This document shows, piece by piece, positions 9,587-19,910 of a stretch of 36,381 bases of DNA. Source of the DNA: Candidatus Heimdallarchaeota archaeon (lineage in GTDB: Archaea; Asgardarchaeota; Wukongarchaeia; Wukongarchaeales; JBHIFL01); contig JBHIFL010000043.1 of NCBI GenBank assembly GCA_046761065.1, positions 1 through 36,381 on the forward strand. The letters run 5' to 3'. The notes below the pieces were generated by a model. It was not told the DNA's origin. It saw only the letters and a program-made list of their open reading frames with translations, and did not search any database. The translations under genes and the position numbers were made by a program. How positions within the stretch are numbered: position 1 is the stretch's first letter; each line of letters opens with the position of its first letter.

Positions 9587-10151
9587 TAATTTTCACCTCA
9601 GTATAGGCGCGTTCAATTGCGATAATGTTATTCTCTGCAATCGGCCCCGGGAACCAATTTTTGACAACCTCTTTCAATGAATCGAGTTCCACAATGTTTT
9701 CAATGACTTTAACAAGCGCGCCAAGAAGTACGGTATTAGTTATTGGACGCCGAATTGTGTTAAGAGCGATATTAGTAGCATCTACTGTCGCAATCGGCTG
9801 AGGGATCGCGAGTTTCTCTCGTAATACTTCAGGAGTGTGGGGGTAATTGGCGATAATTTTTCCATCTGCGACTAAACCCTGTGTTACATTAATTGAGTCA
9901 AACAGGGTGGGATCAAGAACTAGTAATACATCTGGTTCATAGACTTGTGTTTTCATGTAAAATTTCTCGGAACTTATTCGAGTAAACGCCTCTATTGGCG
10001 CACCCATACGTTCAGGTCCGAATGAAGGAAATGCATGGATATATTTTCCTTCTAGGAGTGCTGCTTCTGCTAATAGGCGGGAAGCGGTCATCGCACCTTG
10101 ACCTCCTCTGCCATGAACCCTAACATCTATTATTTTCTGTCTATTGCTCAT
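9579..10151 (-). CDS. porG: 2-oxoacid:ferredoxin oxidoreductase gamma subunit
   Basis: HGRGGQGAMTA, FGPERMGAP, NTVLLGA. Start placed at ATG 10151 with an AGGAG RBS. Confidence 0.93.
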   Translation of the reverse strand: MSNRQKIIDVRVHGRGGQGAMTASRLLAEAALLEGKYIHAFPSFGPERMGAPIEAFTRISSEKFYMKTQVYEPDVLLVLDPTLFDSINVTQGLVADGKIIANYPHTPEVLREKLAIPQPIATVDATNIALNTIRRPITNTVLLGALVKVIENIVELDSLKEVVKNWFPGPIAENNIIAIERAYTEVKISE

Positions 10152-10541
10152 ATCAGTTTCTCCTTTATATTTCTGGTTAAGTAGAAGAGATTTCAAATGG
10201 ATTATTGGATTTTTCTTTAAGAATTTTCTCTTTGTACCTTCCCTCATCTCTTACTTCAAGATCCAAAAACTCGTAGGCGATGTACAGTTCAGAATTTTCT
10301 ATATAATCATGAGATATGGTTCCTTATATATTTAGCGATCAAAGGAATTTAATTCGAGGCAAAAAAACATTTCTTCATCCTATATTTAGAAACTCTTGTA
10401 AGAACATATTTATCGTATCATCAACTAGTATGCCGAGTATGGCTTTAAAACTTGATAGACAATAGAAATAAGGGCTATCTAACCTACTGTTGCGAGTGAA
10501 TAAGGGTTGCAAGATCCCTCCTCATTTATTCTCTTCCTCTG

Positions 10542-11573
10542 TCAGTATAAATTGATTGGCTCATTCAATCCAATCCCCTCGATTTCTGTATGACAATACG
10601 GGCATCTAGAATCTTTCAAAACATTTTTCCGGATCCTAAATCCGGCTCGCTCTATCAACAGAGCCTGACAGTGGTAGCAATAGGTATTTTCCTCTTTTGT
10701 CCGAGGGATGTTGCCCTCATAGACATAACGCAGCCCCACATCCAACCCAATTTTTCGGGCTCTGCGTAGGGTTGCTACGGGAGTACGTGGTTTATCTGTC
10801 AATTTATAAGTAGGATAGAATTGCGTAATATGCCATGGGATCTCCTCGCCTAGATCCCAGAGGAATTCTGCGACACCTCGTAGTTGGTTTTCAGAGTCAT
10901 TGAGTGATGGGATGATAAGTGTCGTCACCTCAATCCAAATGCCCAGCTCTTTATGGAGGCGGATTGAGTCGAGAACTGGTTGCAATCGTGCCCCACATAT
11001 TTTTTGATAAAACTCTTCAGTAAATCCTTTGAGATCGATGTTCGCCGCATCCAAATAGGGGCTTATGGTACGTAGCGCTTCTTCAGTTATGTATCCATTC
11101 GTAATAAAGACATTCTTGAGCCCCGCCTTGTGAGCCAGTTTCGCCACATCATACGCGAATTCATAAAAAATGGTTGGTTCTGTATAGGTATAAGCAATAC
11201 TCTTACAATGGTAATGCTTCGCTTCTTTGATGATTTCTTCCGGTGACATCTCTTGACCGAAAATAGCCGATTTCTCCCGAGGTGCTTGACTTATATGAAA
11301 GTTCTGACAGAATGAACATCTAAAATTACAGCCTATTGTAGCAATTGAATGAGACAAGGAACCTGGGTAGAAGTGAAATAACGGCTTCTTTTCAATAGGA
11401 TCAACGTGATGGGCAATAATCTTACCATAGACTAATGAATACAGTGTCCCTGCCTGATTTTCTCGTACTGCACAGCGACCGCAGTTTTCATTCCGGATTG
11501 AACAGTGATGGTTACATAAATAACAGTGTACACGTTTTTCACCTAAGGGTTCGTAGAACATCGCTTTGAACAT
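10542..11573 (-). CDS. amrS: AmmeMemoRadiSam system radical SAM enzyme
   Basis: CYLCNHHC, DPIEKKPLFHFYPGS, GCNFRCSFCQN, AYTYTEP, NIDLKGF, GIWIEVTTLIIP, C-terminal CYHC/CPYC. Confidence 0.9.
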   Translation of the reverse strand: MFKAMFYEPLGEKRVHCYLCNHHCSIRNENCGRCAVRENQAGTLYSLVYGKIIAHHVDPIEKKPLFHFYPGSLSHSIATIGCNFRCSFCQNFHISQAPREKSAIFGQEMSPEEIIKEAKHYHCKSIAYTYTEPTIFYEFAYDVAKLAHKAGLKNVFITNGYITEEALRTISPYLDAANIDLKGFTEEFYQKICGARLQPVLDSIRLHKELGIWIEVTTLIIPSLNDSENQLRGVAEFLWDLGEEIPWHITQFYPTYKLTDKPRTPVATLRRARKIGLDVGLRYVYEGNIPRTKEENTYCYHCQALLIERAGFRIRKNVLKDSRCPYCHTEIEGIGLNEPINLY

Positions 11574-11827
11574 GGTTTTCAGATCCTTTCTTAGAAACGA
11601 GGCAATGAATAACCTTTCAAACTAATTGAGTTTAATTAATGGCGTTTCAAGTTGAGGAAAATTGAATATACTTTATATAGTTCACAAGAAAGTTTATAAT
11701 ACTTTACATGGCATTCCTGAGTCCCTTTCGTTTGAGATATGCATATTGCATTAACGATTACAGCTTACAAATCAGGAACATTGACACATTTGTGTCTGAT
11801 CATGTTTCACCTTTTATCTATCACAAG

Positions 11828-12901
11828 GAGGGCTGTCAAAATAATACGGGGAGCTATAGTAGGGTATTGTTGATCCCCAAATAACTCACGACGCTTCAGC
11901 GTCGCATGCACACCCGTATTTATCCCTTATTACGCTCCATATAAAAGCTGTGGTCACATTCATATCAGCAACCCCCGGAAGCCGGGATGATCTCCGTTTA
12001 ACCGCAGATCGATGGATTGTGCCTTTGTTTTTAAAGTCTTCTTAGGGATATGACAATCTGGATTGATTTTTTTGGAATTCTTTTATCATAGAATCCTTTG
12101 GAATTCGGTCGAAGAAAACTCTTCATCGGGCTTTCCATAAAGATGCCCTGCTTTGAGGGTTATGTGCCTTTTAACGCGCGTCCAGTTTACACACCTTTAA
12201 TCGATTTCGAGCCCGCTGGGATCGGTTGATCAAATATGTTTTCCAGAAACTTTCCGCTTGATTTGCGGGGTTTTATGATTTAGGAGACCATTTAGAAGTG
12301 AATTAACCCTTTTCTGGTCAATCCCATAGATCCTGATGCACGCAAAGGCTATGGGACCCGGGGGTGCTTTTATAGCTATAAACTGCATCTGTTCACCAGC
12401 TGCGAGAAAAAACCCACCTTGAGAGAGGTGTTTACGCGAGGTTATCGGCATGACACCAAGCTCCTCCCCCCGCCTCCTACAGTGCCCACGGTATACTGCG
12501 GGACGGATATCTGCTAGCGGGTACAGGTATGATTCTGAAGAAAACGTGGTGACGATCTGGGAGAGTGGACCCACGCCCCTGGTGCAATTGAACAAACATC
12601 AAGGGTGGACAAAAGTGAAAACGTGTCTCCGGTGGCGGCAAGGGTTCAAGGTTGGGGAGAGGAAATGGAAACGATATGTTCAATGGTGGAAACAAGTGGA
12701 AGACATCTTTGGGCGGTTAAAGGTGGAGTTTCTGGCCGGGGGATTCCTAGTGCGTGGGTTTTGGAATGTGAAATTCCATGTATTTACGTATTTATGTGCG
12801 AGGGTAACCCACGCAATAATTTGTATGAAATTGGGACAAGAACATCTGATGCTGAGAATTTGGGAGGTCTTCCAATGAAAAGGTATTTTTAACCACCCCT
12901 C
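11828..12901 (+). mobile_element. Decayed insertion sequence with a frameshifted DDE transposase (IS5/IS982-like)
   Basis: DPDARKGYGTRGCFYSYKLHL...YRHD from 12329 in one frame, YDSEEN and YVQWWKQVEDIFGRLK in another (ORF 12450-12878). Imperfect terminal inverted repeats GAGGGCTGTCAAAATA (11828-11843) and TATTTTTAACCACCCCTC (12884-12901). Confidence 0.7.
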
Positions 12902-13033
12902 TACTACATTCTTATCCGTTACATATCTACTCTCTTGTTAGAAATTCAAAAAGAGTATAGATAATACAGAAAAGATCAAGAAAAATTTGTTTCGGGTGCT
13001 TTTAAAAATAAAAAGGATGACTGAAGCACGAAG

Positions 13034-13822
13034 ATGATGAAAGTGATAAAGATATTAACTGCCTTTTTACTCTTTAGTTTTCTTGGTATCTCCGCCTACC
13101 AAGATTGGAAGACGCGGGAAGTCATGGATTGGGTTTGGATTACCTTTTTTGCTATTGGTCTAGTGATCAATGTAGTGAATGTCTTCACTGCGAGGAACCG
13201 GCTCCTGACTATAACCACAATTGCCCTTACTCTAATCATTGCCATCTCTATAGGCTTTATCCTCTTTTATCTTTACCTTTGGGGAGATGGAGATCTCTTC
13301 GTTTACATTTCTGCATCATTTATAACGGCAACGATGCCTATCTCTTATTTTTCACCGCATTCCTATGAAATCCTTCCATTCTCCGTTTCTGCACTAGTAA
13401 ATGCTTATTTCGTGACAATAATTCTTCCATTTTATCTAGTTCTACAGAATATATACCGGAGATTCCTGAAAGGTGAAAAAATTTTCAAAGATCTTAGGGC
13501 GTCCATGGGTCAAAAGATCTTCGCTGCCTTTGTGGGAAGACCCGTTCACCTGGAAGATTTACGTACAGGACGTATCACATTTTATACTCCCCTAGAAGAG
13601 AAACGAAGAGATGCGTGGTATTTGAAATTCCATTCAGGTATTGAATTGAGGGAGGAAGAACTTGCAGAGCGCAAAATTACGATCCTCAAGGAATTAGAAA
13701 TAGATCCTAAGTTCTATATATGGATTAGCTACAATATCCCCTTTTTAATTGCCTTGATGGTCGGCTTCGCCATAACAGCAATCTACGGAACCATCTTATT
13801 TCTGCTCTGGGTGCAACTCTAG
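13034..13822 (+). CDS. Peptidase A24 prepilin/prearchaellin peptidase (PibD/FlaK-like)
   Basis: Multi-pass membrane protein; AYQDWKTREV (first catalytic Asp), WGDGD (GxGD), C-terminal IWISYNIPFLIAL. Confidence 0.88.
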   Translation: MMKVIKILTAFLLFSFLGISAYQDWKTREVMDWVWITFFAIGLVINVVNVFTARNRLLTITTIALTLIIAISIGFILFYLYLWGDGDLFVYISASFITATMPISYFSPHSYEILPFSVSALVNAYFVTIILPFYLVLQNIYRRFLKGEKIFKDLRASMGQKIFAAFVGRPVHLEDLRTGRITFYTPLEEKRRDAWYLKFHSGIELREEELAERKITILKELEIDPKFYIWISYNIPFLIALMVGFAITAIYGTILFLLWVQL

Positions 13823-13881
13823 TCTTGGTGATTGATGGAAATAGATAAAAAATGAACTGCCGATTGGGATGTAGTAAGGAT

Positions 13882-14046
13882 AGCCCGGTGGTGTAGCGTA
13901 CCGTGGTACTACTACGGTCTATAAGCCAATCATCTCGGACTCTGGACTTCAACTAGTAACAAAATTTCCGAAGAGAGAAATCCGAGGACGCCGGTTCGAA
14001 AAATGATTCTATAGTGAATCTTTCGAAAATCCGGCCCGGGCTACCA
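13882..14046 (+). tRNA. tRNA-Gln(CTG) with three introns (13899-13924, 13946-13979, 14001-14029)
   Basis: Spliced 76-nt product AGCCCGGTGGTGTAGCG|GCCAATCATCTCGGACTCTGG|ATCCGAGGACGCCGGTTCGAA|TCCGGCCCGGGCTACCA forms a cloverleaf: acceptor AGCCCGG/CCGGGCT with the A1-U72 pair of archaeal tRNA-Gln, anticodon stem TCGGA/TCCGA, T-stem GCCGG/CCGGC, encoded CCA. Each intron junction has a 4-bp helix flanked by 3-nt bulges. Confidence 0.93.
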
Positions 14047-14170
14047 ATATAGGGTGTATCCACCTTTGAGGGTGGATTTGGTAGCAGAAATGCGTGGTTG
14101 TTAAAGGCCCTGATTTTTAATTCAGCCTTTAGATGGAGACATACACAAGGAAAAAGTAGGAGAGAATGTC

Positions 14171-14905
14171 TTGTCAACTGTAGAGTATACTGTGATCAAA
14201 AAGAAAATGGTAAATCAACTTACCACTTTGGGAGACCGTGTTAAAGGGCTAATCCTCTACGGATCTATCGCTAAAGGTGATGGTTTTTACATCCCTGGAG
14301 AAAGTGATATCGATTTTTATCTTGTAGTTGATGGAGAAGATGTCCTAAAAACATATGAAAATATCACTCGAATTATTGAAGGATTCCGAACTGAGCCACT
14401 TTTTGCACCGCTCCTAGATTTGCGAGTCGTGGAAGAGGAAGATATTCAACCAACGCCATATAATGCCTTTGGCACAATCCTAGCTCTGGGAGCCTCCCAA
14501 GGTGAAGTGTTGTTAGGTGAAAATGTCTTAAAAGATGTTGAATTCCCTGAAAAGGTCATTAAAGAAGCAACTAAGGCACTTATTGTCAATAGTTATGTGG
14601 GCTATACCGACATCCTCACGGGAGGGCATGGATTAGATCCCTATGGTATTGCGTTGGAGGGGGGGGAGCATGTCTTAGCTTGTGCGCATGCGTACTTGGC
14701 CTATGAGGGCGAAACAGAGCGTGTCCGCTACGAACTCCCTGAGATTTTTCAACAACACTACGGGAACACCACAAATTTCGATGCAGATATAGTTCTCGAA
14801 GCGCACCGCTATCGCTTAGGGATTCAAAAGATCGCTCCTGAGGAATTTATCCGCCTGGCATTTAAGTTCTGTAAAGCTATTAAAGAGCAAATAAGTCACG
14901 AATAA
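14171..14905 (+). CDS. Nucleotidyltransferase-domain protein (Pol beta superfamily) with a helical C-terminal domain
   Basis: LILYGSIAKGD...SDIDFYLVV and a later LDLRV motif; TTG start with AGGAG upstream. Confidence 0.8.
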   Translation: MSTVEYTVIKKKMVNQLTTLGDRVKGLILYGSIAKGDGFYIPGESDIDFYLVVDGEDVLKTYENITRIIEGFRTEPLFAPLLDLRVVEEEDIQPTPYNAFGTILALGASQGEVLLGENVLKDVEFPEKVIKEATKALIVNSYVGYTDILTGGHGLDPYGIALEGGEHVLACAHAYLAYEGETERVRYELPEIFQQHYGNTTNFDADIVLEAHRYRLGIQKIAPEEFIRLAFKFCKAIKEQISHE

Positions 14906-15169
14906 GTATAAATTTCTCAAGTATATGAGAATTTAGTGTATAGGAAAGCCACTTTAACAAGAGAGGGTAATTTACTAAGTAAAACCCTTTAAATCCTCAA
15001 AAACCGTATAAAGTAGAATACCTAAATATCTTATAAGGATAGTATGGAGACCAAATTCCAATTACTGAATTTCGCGATGTAATGAGCAAAGGAAGTAACA
15101 TCAATTGTTTGGGAAATAGTTAGCTGAGAAAAACAACATGAGAACTATTGATGATGTGGAGTTACTATA

Positions 15170-16105
15170 ATGCATTCGAACATCTCTGATTTTGTCGAGC
15201 AATTAGCGATTTTGGCGTCTGTGCTAGAAGTCTCCGCCTCACCCAAACCAGGTAATGTTCATCGTTTCAGAGATTTTGGGGATACAAAATTCGAGCATTT
15301 TTTAGGAGCTGCAGTCGGAGCAGGAGCAATTTGGCGAACAGCCGCGCATCGTGGGATATTGGCGGAGTTAGGCGAATTGGAGTTCAGCCAGATTGGTGTA
15401 GGTGATTGGGTTCTTGCAGCTATTAAAGAAGGGAAACGATGGCATACGGGTCGTAATCCAAACTTAGGGATTATTTTGCTACTTATTCCTCTCTGTGCTG
15501 CTGCAGGAGCCTCACTAGCCACCGGGAAACACTCGCTTCAGGAACTGAGAAATTCTTTAGGAACTATCCTCCGAAAAGCCACAGTCGAGGATGCAGTGGG
15601 AGTTGTAAAAGGCATTAATCTTGTAAACCCAGGTGGTCTTGGTCAAGTACAAAATTATTCCGTCACAGATCCTAACGTCATTGATCAATTGAAGAAAGAT
15701 GAAATTGACCTGCTTTCCTTATTCAAATTTTGTGCAGATCAAGATCTGATCTGTAACGAATATCTCTATTGTTACCAAATTACTTTTGAAGAAGGAGTTC
15801 CGATGTTTAAAAGAGAGATCTCTAAAGCGGACTTTAACCTAGCGACCATCCAAACCTTTTTGGGGCTTCTTGCAGCTCACCCTGACACCCTTGTTTCCCG
15901 AAAATTTGGTAAAGAAGTTGCCACTCAACTCAGTACAAGAACCAAGCATATTCTTAAAAAAGGTGGTGTTTATACAAGCGAAGGATGGCAAGAGGTTCTT
16001 TTATTTGATGAAGAACTCCATGAGGAGGGTATAAATCCTGGAACTATCGCCGATCTCACAGCAGCAACTCTTTTTGTTTGTCTCTATGATGGAACACGCC
16101 TTTAA
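15170..16105 (+). CDS. citG: Triphosphoribosyl-dephospho-CoA synthase-like (CitG family)
   Basis: LEVSASPKPGNVHR, NPNLGIILLLIPL, PDTLVSRKFG, INPGTIADL. Confidence 0.88.
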   Translation: MHSNISDFVEQLAILASVLEVSASPKPGNVHRFRDFGDTKFEHFLGAAVGAGAIWRTAAHRGILAELGELEFSQIGVGDWVLAAIKEGKRWHTGRNPNLGIILLLIPLCAAAGASLATGKHSLQELRNSLGTILRKATVEDAVGVVKGINLVNPGGLGQVQNYSVTDPNVIDQLKKDEIDLLSLFKFCADQDLICNEYLYCYQITFEEGVPMFKREISKADFNLATIQTFLGLLAAHPDTLVSRKFGKEVATQLSTRTKHILKKGGVYTSEGWQEVLLFDEELHEEGINPGTIADLTAATLFVCLYDGTRL

Positions 16106-16198
16106 GAGAAATTAAATGCTTTATCAATGCTAAGAAGCTAAAAAAATAAATTGATATTCCACAAATAGTTTTAGAAAAATGAGTTTTTGGGGTATGGA

Positions 16199-17896
16199 AT
16201 GCGGTTTCAAACATTTTGTGAGACAATGGACGCAATTGGAAATACGAACTCAAATCTTGAGAAAATGAAACTTGCTACCAAACTCTTGCAAAAGGCAACC
16301 TCCGATAAAGAGCTCCAAGCTGTTTCGCATTTGATTTTGGGTCGCGCATTTCCTAAGTTGGCCGAAAAAAAGATCAATATTGGCTACCGGCTCCTATGGC
16401 AAGTAGTCATGGAGCTTTCACGACGGTCGGATATCGAGAATCGTGAGTACTATCGGAAAGATTCAGATATTGGGCGGCTTGTGGAGTTTGCTCTAACAAA
16501 GAAAAAAGCTACTCTCCTCTCTTTCATGAATAAAGATCACAAGAAAATGATATATGACGTACTTGATATCCAGAGATTCTTTAGTAAGCTAGCAACCATT
16601 ACCGGGACAGGTGCTCAGATGAAACGTGCCCGTATGTTAAAAGAACTTCTCGCAAACGTTTCTCCTAGTGAAGCCAAGTATCTAACACGAATCATTCTCG
16701 AAGAAACCCGAATTGGATTTCGCGAGGGACTTTTAGAAGAAGCTATTGCAAAAGCCTTTGTTATCCCATTAGATCTTGTACGCTGGGCAAACATGCTTTT
16801 AAGCAATCTCGGGGAGGTCGCAGTAATTGCAAGGAAGGGGGAAGATGCATTTGAACAAGTCCGACTCCTCCCTTTTCGACCGATACGAATGATGCTAGCT
16901 GAAAAAGCAGAAAATATAGAAACTGCCCTTACATATCATCACAGGAAGCTGAGTGCTGAGGTCAAGATCGATGGCGTGCGAGCACAAGCCCATAAAGTAG
17001 GGAGAAAAGCAAAAATTTTCTCCCGCCGCCTTGAAGACATATCTGGGGCGTTTCCAAACATTCTTCAAACTCTTCAATCAATAAAGAGCGACGTAATTCT
17101 TGATGGCGAGCTCGTAGGGATATTAGAAGGTGAAAAAGTCTTTTTTCAAGATTTTACTAGGCGCCTTCGAAGAAAACATGACGTGTTGCAATATAGTAAG
17201 GCTGTTCCTGCCAAGTACTTCGTTTTCGATATCTTATGGGCAAATGGGGAAAGTTTACTTGAACGCTCTTATTTAGAACGTAGAACCGTTCTTCAAAAGA
17301 CCATTCCTAACTCTGAATTTATTGAAGTAGTCCCTTCACATCAGATTTTATCCATTGAAGAAGGAACCCAACTCTTCGATCAAGCCGTAGCCCAGGGATT
17401 TGAAGGCCTTATGCTCAAGGCTAACCACTCACCGTATCTCGCTGGGCGACGCGGCAAACACTGGTTTAAGTTAAAAAAAATCTTGGCTGAACTGGATTTA
17501 GTCATTGTCGCTGCCGAATATGGGCATGGCAAACGCACTGGATTCCTATCTGACTACTATCTCGCTGCCCGCGATGATGATGGCTTTGCAATCATCGGGA
17601 AGACGTTCAAGGGCCTGACTGATCTCGAAATACAACAAATGACCAAACGCCTTCACACCATTACGGTTCGAGATGAGGGCTGGCGGGTTCAAGTTCAGCC
17701 CAAAATCGTCGTACAAGTGGCTTTTGATAACATTCAAGCCTCCACCCGATATAAGAGCAGGTTTGCCCTCCGGTTTGCTCGAATTACCGCAATTCGCGAG
17801 GATAAAACGCCTGAGGACGTGGATACGCTGGATATGGTGAGACAACTTTATGAAACGCAGTTGAAGCGTCAGCGTAGAGCAAATTTCATCGAATAG
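16199..17896 (+). CDS. lig: ATP-dependent DNA ligase
   Basis: Motif I EVKIDGVR, ILDGEL, FVFDIL, FEGLMLK, WFKLK, FALRFARI..IREDK. Start placed at ATG 16199. Confidence 0.95.
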   Translation: MRFQTFCETMDAIGNTNSNLEKMKLATKLLQKATSDKELQAVSHLILGRAFPKLAEKKINIGYRLLWQVVMELSRRSDIENREYYRKDSDIGRLVEFALTKKKATLLSFMNKDHKKMIYDVLDIQRFFSKLATITGTGAQMKRARMLKELLANVSPSEAKYLTRIILEETRIGFREGLLEEAIAKAFVIPLDLVRWANMLLSNLGEVAVIARKGEDAFEQVRLLPFRPIRMMLAEKAENIETALTYHHRKLSAEVKIDGVRAQAHKVGRKAKIFSRRLEDISGAFPNILQTLQSIKSDVILDGELVGILEGEKVFFQDFTRRLRRKHDVLQYSKAVPAKYFVFDILWANGESLLERSYLERRTVLQKTIPNSEFIEVVPSHQILSIEEGTQLFDQAVAQGFEGLMLKANHSPYLAGRRGKHWFKLKKILAELDLVIVAAEYGHGKRTGFLSDYYLAARDDDGFAIIGKTFKGLTDLEIQQMTKRLHTITVRDEGWRVQVQPKIVVQVAFDNIQASTRYKSRFALRFARITAIREDKTPEDVDTLDMVRQLYETQLKRQRRANFIE

Positions 17897-18182
17897 CGCT
17901 TGCTATTAGTTGAAGAGTATGATTTATTTAATTCTACCCTGAATTCTTCTCACCTATTTTTGAGAGGGAAATCTGACTATTACATATCCCCAGATGATCT
18001 TATTTTGAACTATTAAATACTTAAGATAATAGTTTACCAAGATATCCTCGTATAAGGCATGGATGCTGTAATCCTTCAAATTACTCCCCTCATTCTTCAT
18101 TTAAACGTTTATAAAAATGATTTGTTTATAATCACAAGATTTTTGAAAAATTTGAAGAAAAGGGACATAGAGACTTTAGTAA

Positions 18183-19154
18183 ATGAAGAGAGTCCATAAA
18201 AAAGTAAACCAAAATTATTGATGGGGTTATTTCTTCCATTTCGATTGTTGTTTTCTGTTTACTCATCATACTGACATTAGCCAAAGCCAAAGGAATTTAT
18301 CTTGTCGCAAACATCGATGAAAACTTGATCAGACGAATCAACGCGCCGGCTAAGAAAGATAATCCTAAGTATAAAGAACGAACCTCTCTCAGGGGCTCTA
18401 GTTCATCAAGAAATGGAGTTTAATCCATTCATCAACAAGTTTATAGAGCTTAATTATCAGATAATCTTATATGATTCGAGTAAAAAAGGCTCTATGCAGG
18501 AACATCAATGGCCTGTATGTTTTTAAAACGACAGACGAGAGTTACGAACTAATAACCACCCTCGTAGCTCTCTCCTCAAACAGTATTGCGGTCTTGACGC
18601 TGGACAAGGCTGCTGATAAGCTGTATATTGACACCGGGGAGGGCTTGAGCATCTATAACCTCACTACCGATACGCTTGCGATCCGAACTTCAAATAATGG
18701 CCTTGCTTCAGGCGTTGTTGGGGCCTTGGCGCTGGATACGGCCGCTGGTGAGCTGTACATCGGCACTTATGAGGGCTTGAGCATCTATAATCCTACCTCC
18801 AACACATTTGCCTCTTGAACTACAAAAGATGGACTTGTAACAAACTATATTGAAGCCTTGGCTCTGGATGTGGTCACTGGTAAGTTGTATATCGGCACTG
18901 ATGGAGGCCTGAGCATCTACAACATCGACTACGACGAAGACGAGTTAGCAAATGTCGATGAAATAGACGTTTATGACACTAATCCGGCTGTTGCTGATAC
19001 AGATGGGGATGGCGTGAATGATGGAGATGAGATACACAAAGGGACCGACCCCTTGAAGGTAGAGACAGTGTTACTGGAGGTACTTCCGATTCTGGCTGTT
19101 GTTATTGTCCTTTCTGGTGTCGTAATGGTTATGATCCTTCGAAGAAGAAGGTAA
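18183..19154 (+). pseudogene. Disrupted cell-surface protein: beta-propeller repeats, Ca-binding DxDGDG repeats, C-terminal TM anchor
   Basis: ORFs 18471-18818 and 18858-19154 share a frame and are separated by a TGA at 18816-18818. Three repeats resembling ALxLD...LYIGT..GLSIYN, then DTDGDGVNDGDE and a TM helix ending RRRR. A further repeat (RLYAGT) and a signal-like hydrophobic stretch lie upstream in other frames. The 5' boundary is approximate. Confidence 0.7.
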
Positions 19155-19655
19155 CTCTAAGCATGAAAGCCAAACCTGTTAAAGGGATACGATAGTGATT
19201 ATTCATAGACTGATATGGTTCTTCACAAATTCCAAGCTTCTCACTCACACCACGACAGTACAAGTTCCCCTTGGACTGGTTGTTAGTTTAGTTTGCACTC
19301 GCCCGGAGCTTAGTTAATGTGTTCCACTCCTGCCCAATGATGTGGACATCTTGGATACGGTGAGGTAACTCTTTTAAACTCAGTTAAAGTGGCGATGTAG
19401 AGTAGATTACACCGATTAGTGCTATTTATTGGTTGTAGAACATGAATCTATATTATCTCACTCCTGAATCATTCAGATCTTTGTTTTAAGGGAGAAATAA
19501 CTTATAATGGGTTTTGAGACTTGCAATGAAGTCTTTTGGATACGTAATCCTCTGCTATTATTTGGTTATACAAGTGTTTATATAAAAAATTCTTTGGGAC
19601 GCTATAAGAGAAAGCTTTTTATTCTTGATCCGAAGCGGATTTTGTAAAGACATAT

Positions 19656-19772
19656 ACTGTAGTAATGGAGGAGAAGTGATGCGGAGGCGATGTCAGGTCC
19701 CAGATCTTCTGGCCACTTCAGATAGACTGCTTTTTACGACATAAACCGCCTAACCTCATCTTAAACTACAGT
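19656..19772. other. Putative structured RNA/DNA element upstream of valS
   Basis: Nested inverted repeats: ACTGTAGT(19656-63)/ACTACAGT(19765-72), GATG/CATC, AGGCG(19685-89)/CGCCT(19747-51), ATGTC/GACAT, inner CCAGA/TCTGG. GC-richer than the flanks. Confidence 0.4.
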
Positions 19773-19910
19773 CTCCTATTTATTCGATTAAATAAACACA
19801 ATTACTTTTTGCATTATTCTCTAAAGGCGCATCCATGTTTTCCTCTTTTTCCGAAAAATCAGGTAATTTTTACGCTCTGGAACTTGATTACACTACTAAG
19901 AGGCTAGACC

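Noticed and set aside
13725-14177. Minus-strand ORFs 13725-13952 and 13953-14177
   Set aside because: They are antisense to the peptidase end and the tRNA-Gln gene and show no protein motifs.
18816-18818. In-frame TGA as a selenocysteine codon
   Set aside because: The aligned repeat position is Arg rather than Cys, and the gene has other frameshifts.
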